Position numbers and translations under genes: made by a program | Assembly (NCBI RefSeq): GCF_009914755.1 | Contig: NC_060930.1 | Length of the DNA stretch: 64,000 nt | Strand: one strand, 5' to 3' | From: the human T2T-CHM13v2.0 reference genome, Homo sapiens | In this document: one piece after another, positions 29,950-46,047 of the stretch | How the letters are laid out: each line of letters opens with the position of its first letter | How positions within the stretch are numbered: the stretch's first letter is position 1 | Notes under the pieces: model-generated | Seen by the model: the letters and a program-made list of their open reading frames with translations, nothing else | Databases searched by the model: none | What the model was told of the DNA's origin: nothing

Positions 29950-30340
29950 TTAATCTTCAAAATGACCCTTTATGTAGGCTGCAGTATTTTAGCCATGAAA
30001 TAACAAGACAAAGATAAACTGAGTAACATAGCCAAAGTCAGGGATCTGGTGTTAGAGCTGAGATCCTGACATATGCAGTGACACTGGAGTCCAACTTTGG
30101 ATAATATTTGTTAGTATTTATTAAACATCTACGGTGAGTCCAGACTTATATTTGCATCTTCTGTTTTTCACAGATGCTTGATGAATACATATTATTTTAT
30201 ACCCCATTTTACAGATGAAGAATGACTGAGAAGCTGAGAAAATTGTCCAAGTAGAATTAATAAATCTAAAAATCTTGACTAAAAATAGATCTTCTGGACT
30301 TCACAGACTGTACTTGAATCACTACTCTATATGATCTCTT
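29950..30340 (-). mobile_element. Two adjacent MIR relics
   Basis: 'tataccccattttacagatgaagaatgactgag', 'aaactgagtaacatagccaaagtca...agagctgagat'. Confidence 0.6.
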
Positions 30341-30709
30341 TCCTATGCTAGATACAATGATAATCATAAACAAGGGGTAATCTAGACTTTCATTGTCCTT
30401 GGTAAATTCACAGCAAATGCCCATTTAATTACAAGATACTACTCTACTGAGATTTTAATAGTAAAGAATTAATGAAGAATTTAAATATTCTAGTTACAAA
30501 AATAATTAATTTAGAACTATGTGTAGCAGTTTGAGATTTAAATTTATTTATGAAAAATTACATTAAAATGTTTCATATATTCTCAATACCGTTCTGAACT
30601 TTTTCTTATTCTTAAGATATTTCATTGAATTGTGATACTGATTTCAGATACAAAATTGTTAGAACTCTGGTTAAATACACTGGTAACATTTGTTAGCGGT
30701 TAAAAATTT

Positions 30710-32185
30710 AACATGGGCTTATGGTTCAATGTAGTAGATTGAGCATATGCTGATATCTACTGCTTTGTTCCAAAACTCATTTTAATAGGAATACAAACAT
30801 AGAAATAAGAAATGGAGGAAGGGTGTCAATGGGGTATGAAAGCGTTTATAAAATCTTATGGGAAGTAATTAGTGGATGAAGGAATAGAAATACAGGAAAC
30901 CACATCTTAGAAAATGTCCAAAGAGGAGCACATATCAGAAGAGCCTTACCTTGCCTTTCAAATACCAAGAGGTCATATGGGACTTGGAAATTCCAGGTTA
31001 GAATAGACACAGGTGTGTGTAACTTTTTGAAAACAAGGGAGTGGAGGATAATGGAAAGCCTGTAGCTGCATAATGTTCACTTCTCCCACATCTTCCTTTC
31101 GTTTGAACACAACTTGAAGCCAAAGAATGCCTCCAAACACCAACAACAAAAATATATATATATATGTAAATTAACTAAAAATGGGCACAGAAAGTAGAAC
31201 AGTGGTTACCAGAGGCTGAGAGGAGGAATGGGAAGTTACTATTTAATAGGTACAGAGTTTCAGTATGGGATGATGAAAAAATCTGGAGATAGATAATGGT
31301 GATGGTTGCATAACAATGTGAATGTACTTAAGGCCACTGAAATTAGAAATGTTTTAAATGGTAAATTTTATGTTATTGGTATATTACTACAATAAAAAAA
31401 GTAAGGAGACTTCTTAAGTATACTAATTAAAAGGATGATATGGTAAAACAAGGATAGTTAATGTGGGAATTGCTATCCTAGTGGGAAGGCTTTAGCATTT
31501 CAGCCAGTCATAGTGGTTGACTTGCTACTACAGTCTCAACATAAGGTTAAGGCTTCCAGTTGATAAACTATTGCCCATGAATACGAAGGCCTCAGCTAGA
31601 TTTTCTGCTGTCTCAACCCTAAATACAAACCAGGAATCAAGGATGGCCAGACAAATGAGGAATGTTTAAGAGAAAGGGCAAGATTAATGATTAACAATAA
31701 TAGTCTGATAGGAAATAGTTAATCTAGTAAACAGAAAAGTACTTTAAAATTTTCTCTAATTAGTATCATTAGAGGGATGTTAGAGAGATCTTTCATTTAT
31801 TAAATCATAAAAGTATGCTCTTAAAAAACACATAAAAATGTAACCAATGGGAAAAAAGTAAACAATCTCTTAGAATAAAAGGAGAAAAAAAAGCAAGAAA
31901 AGGAAAATGAGAATAAAGACAAGGATTAATTCAAAGTTTGCCACATAAATAATGGAAGTTCTTGAAAGAGAAAACAGAGCAAGCAATTATCAAATAAATA
32001 ATGAAAGAGGTAACCCTGAGCTGAAGTATGAGTGTTTATGTTGAAAAGGCCCACTGTGTACTCAGCAAAGTGAAGAAAATGCATTTTCTGAAACATGTTA
32101 TGAAAATTCAGAATACAAATGATAAAGAGAAGATGCTAAAGTTTTTAGAAAGAAAACAACAAAGGTAAAAAGCAGATCACCTTAT
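30710..32185 (+). mobile_element. HAL1/L1M5-like ancient ORF1-bearing element, 5' part (continues at 45420-45476 and 46048-~46800)
   Basis: Decayed ORF1-like 'gttcttgaaagagaaaacagag...ccctgagctgaag...ttgaaaaggcccact...aaattcagaatacaaatgataaagagaagatgctaaa'. Confidence 0.55.
31186..31400 (+). mobile_element. L1MB 3'-end fragment
   Basis: 'cagaaagtagaacagtggttaccagaggctg...tacagagtttcagtatgggatgatgaaaaa...ggtgatggttgcataacaatgtgaatgtactta'. Confidence 0.8.
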
Positions 32186-32855
32186 AACTCAATAATGAAA
32201 AGACAAAAAGCCCAACTTAAAAATGAAGAAAGGATCTGAATAGACATTTCTCCCCAGAAGAGAGACTAATAGCCAATAAACATATGAAAAGATGTTCAAT
32301 GCCAATAGCCATCAGGGAAATGCAAATTAAAACCTCAATGAGATATCACTTCACACTCTCTAAGATGGCTATGATGAAAGAGATAGTAAGTGGTGGAGAG
32401 GATTTGATATATTGAGACCTTGTTACATTGCTGCTTGGAATATAGAATGGCCAAACAATTCCACTCCTAGGTATATAACCCAAGAGAAATCAAAACAAAT
32501 GTCCATACAAAAACTTGTGCATAAATGTTTATGGAAGTATTATTCATAAAAGCCTTAAAGTAGAAACAACTCAAATGTCCATCAACTGATGGATGGGTAA
32601 GCAAAACGTAGTATGTACATACAATGAAATAATATTAGGACATAAAAAGGAATGAACTCTCGATACATGCTACAACATGGATGAACCTTAAGATCCTTAT
32701 GCTAAGTCAAAGAACCCTACATATTTGAGATTCCATTTTTAAGCTATGATCACAATGAAAATCTATAAAGATAGAATGCAGATTAGTGATTGCTGAGGGA
32801 TATGGGGTTTGAGGGAAAATAGGAAGTGACTGCTTACTGGGGGCGGGATTCTTTT
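32186..32855 (+). mobile_element. L1MB7/8-like 3' fragment, left part (right part 45275-45420)
   Basis: 'aaggatctgaatagacatttctcc...ggaagtgactgcttactgggggcgggattctttt'; resumes with 'gggtttcttttttggaga...gtggttgcacaggtctgtgaatatactaaaa'. Confidence 0.8.
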
Positions 32856-34156
32856 ATTTTCTTCTTTAGATTTCAACTTTTATTTTAGATACAGGAGGTA
32901 TATGTGCAGGGGTGTTACATGGGAATATTGGGTGATGTTGAGGTTGGGAGTATGGACCCCATCACCCAGGTAGTGAGCATAGTGCCCAATAGGTAGCTTT
33001 TTTCAACCCCCCACCCCCAGTAGTCTGCAATGTCTATTCCCAATAACCATGTGTGTTCAATGTTTAGCACCCACTTTTAAGTGAGAACATATGGTATTTG
33101 GTTTTTTATTCCTGTGTTAATTCACTTAGGATTATGGCCTCCAGCTCCATTCATGTTGCTGCAAAGGACATGATTTTATTATATTTATGGCTACATAGTA
33201 TTTCATGATGTATATATACTGCATTTTCTTTATCCAATACACCATTGATGGGCACTTGGGTTGATTCCATGTCTCTGCCATTGGAAATAGCACAGCAATC
33301 AACATAGGAGTGCATGTGTCTTCTTAGTGGAATAACTTGTTTTCCTATGGGTATATACCCAGTAATGGGGTTGCTGGGTGAAATGGTAACTCTGTTTGAA
33401 GTTCTTTGAAAAATCTCCACACTGCTTTCCACAGAGACTGTAGTAATTTACATTCCCATAAACAATATATAAACATTCTGTTTTCTCTGCAGCCTCACAA
33501 GCATCTGTTAGTCATTGATTTTAATAGTAGCCATTGTGATTGGTATGAGATGATATCACATTGTGGTTTTGATTTGCATTACTCTGATGATTAGTGATGC
33601 TGAGCACTTTCTCATGTTTGTTGGCTGCTTGTGTGTTTTCCTTTGACAAGTGTCTGTTCATGTCCTTTGCCCATTTTTTAATGGTGCTATTTGTATTTTG
33701 CTTGTTGATTTAAGTTCCCTATAGATTATATATACTAGGCCTTTGTTGGATGCATAGCTTGTGAATATCTTCTCCCATTCTATAAGGTGTCTTTTGCTAT
33801 GTTGAGTTTCTTTTACCGCACAGAAGCTCTTTAGTTTAATTAGGTCTCACTTGTTTATTTTTGTTTTTGTTGTGATTGTTTTTACGGACTTAGCCAAACA
33901 TTTTTTACCATGGCTGATGCTGAGAAGAGTATTACCTAGGTTGTCTTCCAGGAGTTTGAGATTTTTTTAGGGTACATATGCACAATGTTCAGGTTTGCTA
34001 CATATGTATACATGTGCCATGTTTGTGTGCTGCACCCATTAACTCATCATTTAGCATTAGGTATATCTCCTAAGGCTATCCTTCCCCCCTCCCCCCACCC
34101 CACAACAGTCCCCGGAGTGTGATGTTACCCTTCCTGTGTCCATGTGTTCTCATTGT

Positions 34157-37980
<3,824 letters not shown>

Positions 37981-38043
37981 TATGATGTTAGCTGGTTATT
38001 TTGCTTGTTAGTTGATGCAGTTTCTTCCTAACCTTGATGGTCT

Positions 38044-39061
38044 TTACACTTTGGCATGTTTTTGCAGTGGCTGGTACTGGTTGTTCCTTTCCATGTTTAG
38101 TGCTTCCTTCAGGAGCTCTTTTAGGACAGGCCTGGTGGTGACAAAATCTGTCAGCATTTGCTTGTCTGTAAAGTATTTTATTTCTCCTTCACTTATGAAG
38201 CTTAGTTTGGCTGGATATGAAATTCTGGTGTGAAAATTCTTTTCTTTAAGAATGTTGAGTATTGGCCCCCACTCTCTACTGGCTTGCAGAGTTTCTGCTG
38301 AGAGATCTGCTGTTAGTCTGATGGGCTTCCCTTTGTGGGTAACCCGACCTTTCTCTCTGGTTGCCCTTAACATTTTTTCCTTCATTTGAACTTTGGTGTA
38401 TCTGACAATTATGTGTCTTGGAGTTGCTCTTCTCGAGGAGTGTCTTTCTGGCATTCTCTCTATTTCCTGAATCTGAATGTTGGCCTGCCTCACTAGATTG
38501 GGGAAGTTCTCCTGGATAATATCCTGCAGAGTGTTTTCCAACTTGGTTCCATTCTCCTCATCATTTTCAGATACACCAATGAGACGTAGATTTGGTCTCT
38601 TCACATAGTCCCATATTTCTTGGAGGCTTTGTTTGTTTCTTTGTATTCTTTTTTCTCTAAACTTCCCTTCGTGCTTCATTTCATTCATTTGCTCTTCCAT
38701 CACTGATACACTTTCTTCCAGTTGATCGCATCAGCTCCTGAGTCTTCTGCATTCTTCACGTAGTTCTCGAGCCTTGGCTTTCAGCTCCATCAGCTCCTTT
38801 AAGGACTTCTCTGCGTTGGTTATTCTAGTTATCCATTTGTCCAATTTTTTTTTCAAAGTTTTTAACTTCTTTTCCATTGGTTTGAATTTCCTCCTGTAGC
38901 TTGGAGTAGTTTGATTTTCTGAAGCCTTCTTCTCTCAGCTCGTCAAAGTCATTTTCCATCCAGCTTTGTTCCATTGCTGGTGAGGAGCTGCATTCCTTTG
39001 GAGGAGGAGAGGCACTCTGGTTTTTAGAGTTTCCAGTTTTTCTGCTCTGTTTTTTCCCCAT
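38044..39061 (-). pseudogene. L1 ORF1p, frameshifted
   Basis: 38825-39061 MGKKQSRKTGNSKNQSASPP; 38044-38703 ...EIWDYVKRPNLRLIGV...YPAKLSF. Confidence 0.95.
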
Positions 39062-39633
39062 CTTTGTGGTTTTATCTACTTTTGGTTTTAGATGATGGTG
39101 ACGTACAGAAGGGTTTTTGGTGTGGATGTCCTTTCTTTTTGTTAGTTTTCCTTCTAACAGACAGGACCCTCAGCTGCAGGTCTGTTGGAGTTTGCTGGAA
39201 GTCCACTCCAGACCCTGTTTGCCTGGGTATCAGCAGCGGTGGCTGTAGAACAGTGGATCTTGGTGAACCACAAATGCTGCTGCCTGATTGTTCCTCTGGA
39301 AGTTTTGTCTCAGAGGAGTACCCGTGTGAGGTGTCAGTCTGCCCCTACTGGGGGGTGCCTCCCAGTTAGGCTGCTTGGGGGTCAAGGACCCACTTGAGGA
39401 GGCAGTCTGTCCATTCTCAGATCTCCAGCTGCGTGCTGGGAGAACCACTACTCTCTTCAAAGCTGTCAGACAGGCACATTTAAGTCTGTAGAGGTTACTG
39501 CTGTCTTTTTGTTTGTCTGTGCCCTGCCCCCAGAGGTGGAACCTACAGAGGCAGGCAGGCCTCCTTGAGCTGTGGTGGGCTCCACCCAGTTGGAGCTTCC
39601 CAGCTGCTTTGTTTACCTAATCAAGCCTGGGCA

Positions 39634-39783
39634 ATGGCAGCCACCTGTCTCCCAGCCTCGCTGCCACCTTGCAGTTTGATCTCAGACTGCTGTGCTAGCA
39701 ATCAGCGAGACTCCGTGGGTGTAGGACCCTCCGAGCCAGGTGCCCAGGTGCAGGATGTAATCTTCTGGTGTGCCACTTTTTAA
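39634..39783 (+). pseudogene. L1 ORF0 remnant in the antisense-promoter region, frameshifted
   Basis: ATG 39634, MAATCLPASLPPCSLISDCCASNQRDSVGVGPSEPG, then an 8-bp duplication ccaggtgc. Confidence 0.6.
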
Positions 39784-40408
39784 GCCTGTTGGAAAAGCGC
39801 AGTATTAGGGTGGGAGTGACCTGATTTTCCAGGTGCCATCTGTCACCCCTTTCTTTGACTAGGAAAGGGAACTCCCTGACCCCTTGTGCTTCCCGAGTGA
39901 GGCAATGCCTCGCCCTGCTTTGGCTCGTACACAGTGCGCTGTACCCACTGTCTTGCACCCACTGTCTGGCACTCCCTAGTGAGATGAACCTGGTACCTCG
40001 GATTGAAATGCAGAAATCACCCATCTTCTGCGTCGCTCAGGCTGGGAGATGTAAACTGGAGCTGTTCCTATTCGGCCATCGTGGCTCCACGAGTTTGAGA
40101 TTTTATATTCAAGTCTTTGATCCATTTTCAGTTAATTTCAGTTAATCCATTCGGAATAGGTGAAAGTAGGCGTCTAGTTTCAGTCTTCTGTGTATGGCTA
40201 GCCAGTTGTCCCAGCATTATTTACTGAATAGAGAGTCGTTTCCCAGTTGCTTTTGTCAGCCTTGTTGCAGATGGTTGCAGTTGTACAACTTTATTTCTGA
40301 GTTTTTAATTCTGTTCCATTGCTCTGTGTCTGTTTTTGTATCAGTACCAAGATGTTTTGATTACTGTGGCTTTATAGTGTAGTTTGAAGTTGGATAGTGT
40401 GAGGCCTC

Positions 40409-40441
<33 letters not shown>

Positions 40442-42043
40442 GCTTAGATTATTTTGGCTATTCAGGCTTTTTTGTTTCCAGATGAAATTGGGAATAATTT
40501 TTTTCTAATTCTGTGATAAATGCCATTGGTGGTTTGATAGGAATAGCATTGAATCTGTAAATTGCTTTGGGCAGTGTTCCCATTTTAGCAACAATGATTC
40601 TTCCAATCCATGCGCGTGGAATGTTTTTCCATTTGTTTGTGTCATCTCTAGTTTCTTTCAGCAGTGTTTTATGGCTCTCCTTGGAGAGATTTTTGACCTC
40701 CTTGGTTAGCTGTATTCCTAGATATTTAATATTCTTTGTGGCTATTTTGAGTTGAATTATGTTCTTGATTTCACTTTCAGCCTGAATGTTGTTGGTGTGT
40801 ATAGAAATGCTAATGATTTTTGTACATTGATTTTGTATCTTGGAACTTTACTAAAATAATTTATCAGTTCTAGGAGCCTTTTGGCAGAGTATTTACGATT
40901 TTCTAGGTATACAGTTATATCATCTGCAGAAAGAAATAGTTTGACTTCTTTTTCTATTTAGATGCCTTTTATTTCTTTGTCTTGCCTGACTGCTCTGGCT
41001 GGGACTTCGAGTACTACCTTGAATAGAAGTGGTGGGAGTGGGTATCTTTGTCTTGTTCCAGTTCTCTAGGGGAATGGTTCAAGCTTTTGCCCATTTGGTA
41101 TGATGTTGGTTGTGAATTTGTCATAGTTGACTCTCACTATTTTAAGGTAGGCTCCTTCAATGCCTAGTCTGCAGAGCGTTTTTATTATAAAGGGATGTTG
41201 TGTTTTATTGAAAGACTATTCTGCATATATTAGATGATTATATGGTTTTTGCTTTTGATTCTGTTTATGAGGTTGATTGGATTTATTGTTTTTTGTATGT
41301 TGAACAAGCCTTGAATCCCAGGAATAAAGCCTGCTTAATTGTGATAATACATCACACAAGTATTAACTTGCTGATGTGCTGGGTTCAGTTTCCTAATATT
41401 CTGTTGAGGATTTTTGCATCTATGTTTATCAGGGATATTGGCCTGAAGTTTTGTTTTTTTGTTGTGTCTATGCCAGATTTTGGTATCAAGGTGATGCTGG
41501 CTTCATAGAATGAGTTAGGGAGGAGCCCGTGCTCCTCAACTTTTTTGGAATAATTTCAATAGGATTGGTATCAGTTCTTCTTTGTATGTCAGGTAGAATT
41601 CCACTGCAAATGTTTCTGGTCCAGGACATTTTTTAGTTGGTTGGTTATTACTAATTCTATTTCAGAAGTTGATATTTGTCTATTCAGGGTTTCAATCTCT
41701 TCTTGATTCAATCTTGGAAGACTGTATGCTTCCAGGAATTTATCCATTTCCTCTAGATTTTCTAATTTATGTGCATAGAGTTGTACATAGTATCCTCTGA
41801 GGGTCTTTCATATTTCTGTGGGATCAGTGGTAACATTGCCTTTGTTGTTTCTGATTTTGCTTCTTGGAGTCTTCTCTTTCTTCTTCTTTATTAATTTAGC
41901 TAGTAGTCCATCAATTTTATTTGTTTTTATTCTGGTTTAATTAATCTTTTGTATAAATTTTGCATCTCAATTTCATTAAGTTATTTAATTGTAGTTTTTT
42001 TAACATTTTCTTCTGCTACTTTTGGGGGTTGGTTTGCTCTTTC

Positions 42044-42153
42044 ACTTCTAGTTCTTTTAAGTACAAATTTAGATTGCTAATTTATGGTCTTTCTGACTTC
42101 TCGTTCTTTTAAGTACCAATTTAGATTGCTAATTTATGGTCTTTCTGACTTCT
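42044..42153. repeat. 52-bp tandem duplication inside the old L1
   Basis: gttcttttaagtac(a/c)aatttagattgctaatttatggtctttctgacttct at 42051 and 42103. Confidence 0.95.
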
Positions 42154-45100
42154 TGATGAAGGAATTTAGTGCTATAAACTTTCCTCTTAACACTGCTTTG
42201 GACTGCATGCAGAGCTTTTTGTAAATTGTTTCCTTATTTTCATTAATTTCAAAGAATTTTTTGATTTCTATCTTAATTTCAATTTTCACCCAGGAATTAT
42301 TCAGTATTGAGTTGTTTGATTTTTATGTGTTTGCATAGTTTTGAAAGATCTTCTTGGCATTGATTTCTATTTGTATTGCGTTGTGGTCGAAGAGTGTGCT
42401 TGGTATGATTTCAATTTATTGAGGCTTGCTTTATGACTTAACATGTGGTCGATTTTAGAATATGTTCTGTGTGCAGATGAGAAGAATTTACATTCTGTGG
42501 TTGTTGGGTGGAGTTTTCTCTATATGTCTATTAGGTCCAAATGTTAAGTTTAAGTTCAGAGTTTTTTTGTTTTCTGCCTTGATGATCTGTCTATCACTGT
42601 CAGTGGGGTGTTGAACTCACCCATTATTATTGTGTGGTTGTCTAAGTCTTTTGTAGTTCAAGAATAATTTGTTTTATGAATGTTAGTCCTCCAATATTGG
42701 CTGTGTATATATTTAAGATAGTTAAGGCTTCTTGTTGGATTGTACCCATTATCATTATGTAATGCCCTTCATTTGTCCTTGTTTGTTTTCATTGATTTAA
42801 AGTTTGTTTTATCTGAGATAAGAATAGAGACTCCTGCTCTTTTTGGTTTTCCATTTGTATGGTATATCTTACTCCACCCTTTTACTTTGAGCTTGTTGGT
42901 GTTACATGTAAGATGGATCTCTTGAAGACAACATATGGTTGGGTCTTTTCTTTTTATCCAGACTGCCACCCTCTTTCTTTTAAGTGGGGGCATTTAGCAC
43001 ACTTACATTTAAGGTTAGTATTGATATGTGTGATTTTGATCCTGTCATTGTGTTGTTACCTGGTTGTGTATGCAGGCTTGATTGTGTAGTTGCTTTATAG
43101 TGCCTGTGACCTATGTGCTTAAGTGTGTTTTTTTGGTAGCAGGTGTCATTCTTTGAACCTATGTTTAGCATTACCTTAAGGACCTCTTCTAAAGCTGGTC
43201 TAGTTAAAATGTATTCCTGCAGCATTTGCTCGTCTGAGAAGGATTTCATTTCTCCTTCACTTAAAAAGCTTAGTTTGGCAGGATATGAAATTCTTGGTTG
43301 GAATTTCTTCTCTTTAAGAATGCTAAAAGTAGGCCCCCAATCTCTTCTGACTTGTAAGGCTTCTACCAAGCCATCTGGTGCCAGTCTGATGGGGTTCCCT
43401 GTGAAACTTACCTGCCTCTTCTTTCCAGCTGCCTTTAAGGTTTTTTTCTTTTGCACTGACCTTGATGAATCTGAAGATTATATGCCTTGGGGATGGTTGT
43501 TTTATATAGTATCTTGCTAGGGTTCTCTGTTTTTCTTGGATTGGCATGTCAACCTCTCTAGTGAGATTAGGGAGATTTTCAGGGACTATATTCTCAAATT
43601 GCTTATTTTCTATTCCAATTCCAAGTTGCTTATTGTCTTTCTTTTTCTCTCAGAAATGCCAGTGAGTTGTAGATTTGGCCTCTTTACATAATCCCATATT
43701 TTTGGAGCTTTTGTTCATTTTTCTTAATTCCTTTTTCTTTATTTTTGTCTGACTGAATTGGTTTGAAGGAGCAGTCTTCCAGCTCTGGGATTCTTTCCTC
43801 AGCTTGGTCTGTTCTGCTGTTAATACTTCCAATTGTATTATAAAATTCTTGCAGTGATTTTTTTCAGCTCAAGAATTTCATTTTGGGTCTCTCTTAAAAT
43901 GGCTCTTTTGTCTTTCAGGTCTTCAATCATTTTACTGAATTGCTTTGCTTCCTTGGATTAAGCTTCAGCTTTCTCCTGGATCTCAATGGTCTTCCTTGCC
44001 ACCCAGGTTAGGAACTCCAAGTCTGTCATTTCAGACAATTCAGACTGGTTAAGCACCATTGCTGGGGAGCTATTGGGTTTCTTTGGAGGTAAGGGGACAC
44101 TCTGGTTTTCTGAATTGTCAGTTTTTGTGCTAATTCTTTCCCATCTGTTATTCTTTTAACTGTGGTGTAAAGTGAGTATAGTCAATTGACTTTCTTTCTG
44201 GAAGTCTTCAGAGGGCTAAGACTCTATAGTAGGTCTTTGTTTATTGTTGAATTCTTGTCCTTGGCTTTGCAGTGGGGAGAATTAGTAAAATGTTTCTTAT
44301 TGTAGTTTGGGCTGCAATCCAGTACATGGGACTTGAGAGCAATGGGTCTTGGATAGGCTCTTACACAGCTACATGGCTTCTATGTATGACTTTGCATTTG
44401 CAGGTGTGTTCTGTGGTGTGAGGAGGATAGTGCTGAATCCCTCACTGGGTCTGTTCTCCTGGACCTTAGAGGAGCCACCTCCAGTCATTGACACTGAGCG
44501 TGTGGCTTTGGTAGTTGTTGTTAGATCTTTTGGGCTGTGGGGCTTCCCTGAGGAGAGATCTAGCAGGGAGATAGACCACACCCTTACCAGACCAACCCTG
44601 TGGAGGGAGGCAAACCTAGGTCCCACACTAGCCTGAGAACCTGTGTGACTCACCTCTCTCAGTTTCTTGAGAATGCTGGCTCATCTCTCATTCAGGTGCT
44701 GAGCACAGATCATGGCTCAGCACTCCTAAGCCACAAACTGTGGCCCTGGTGTGTCAGAACCTGGTCATGGCTCCCTCCTCTGGACCCTCCTCTAGGTACA
44801 CTGGAGGATCCAAAGGGCTCCCAGGCTGCTGGAACACACTCAGGTGTAAGAAAGCTTCCAGACTAGGCAGCAGAGGATTCACTGTGTACACACTCCTATG
44901 GGGTGGCCAAGTTGGGCCTCTAGGATGGGCTGGCATGCAGGGGGCTTTTAGGTAGATGTTCCCTAGTCCTGTGTGGAAGCAGATCCTGTTTTCTCCCTGG
45001 CAGTTATCTGGAGCCAAAGCCTCTCAGAGGGAGACAGGTAGCCCTGCAGGGTGGGCACTTATGGCCAGGTTCCACTGAAGCTGACCAGCACTCAGATGTC

Positions 45101-45476
45101 CCTGGTTCCATGCTTTTGCTGCATCTCCATTTCTGTCTAATCTCTGGGGAGATCCCCCTGCCAGTTCCCATGTCCTAGGGGATGTGGGATCTCCTGCAGC
45201 TAGGATCCCAGAGGTCTGTGGCAAGAGTGAGCAGTCCTCCAGTCCCTTCATTCACCCTTCCCCAGGCACCATCTGGGTTTCTTTTTTGGAGACAAAAAAA
45301 ATCCTTGTAGGAGTGGTTGCACAGGTCTGTGAATATACTAAAAATTATTGAATTGTATACTTTAAGTGGGTGAATTGTGTGGTGTACGAATTATATGCCA
45401 ATAAGACTGATATTAGAAAAAAGTCACACTGTTATCAGTCTTATAAATAGCATTAATTCTAGAAGTCCATATATAA

Positions 45477-46047
45477 TGTGTCAATAAATAAAGACCACCC
45501 AGATGAGAAAGCAAAGGCAGTCTATTCAGGGCTTTCTATAGCAATGGAGTTAGCCACCATTACTTGGTTTTGGCAGAAATTGAAAAGAGAGGCAGAGATG
45601 TGGGAAAGTGTTATAGTGGAAAAAAGGGAAGGCTTCATGTATGCTGATTGGAAGGTGTTGGTATAAGGAAGCTGTAGGTAGGCTAACTAGAAGTAGGGCA
45701 TCATATGTGATTGACAAGCAGTGTATACTGTATCTGGCTTTCTTTGGCTTGTACTAAGTTGGAAGCAGGGACAAAAATTAGGGAACCTGCAGTTATTAAT
45801 CAACTGACCATTTGGGATCCATTTTTTTTTTCAGGAACAAGCAAACAATCCAAAACCAGATAATAACCATTTAGTCTTCTTAGATTGTTTGCTAGAGATA
45901 GTGGTTTGACTTCCTACATGTCTAAATGTCAGATGGTAGCCTGGCTTCCTGGTCTGGTTACTGTAGATAAGGGATTTGTTCCCTAAACTGCTTGTTGCAG
46001 ATTGTGAGTCAAAGCTGTTTTTTTATATGTGGTCTGGTTATTGTTCA
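45477..46047 (-). mobile_element. ERVL solo LTR (MER76-like)
   Basis: TG...CA bounded; reverse start 'tgagaagttaaatatacaaatgaacaataaccagaccacatataaaaa...tgactcacaatctgcaacaa'. Confidence 0.65.

Noticed and set aside
21309-33965. Segment already inverted by recombination between the two L1 copies
   Set aside because: Each L1 keeps matching TSDs and its host repeat reads through on both sides, so this haplotype is in the ancestral orientation
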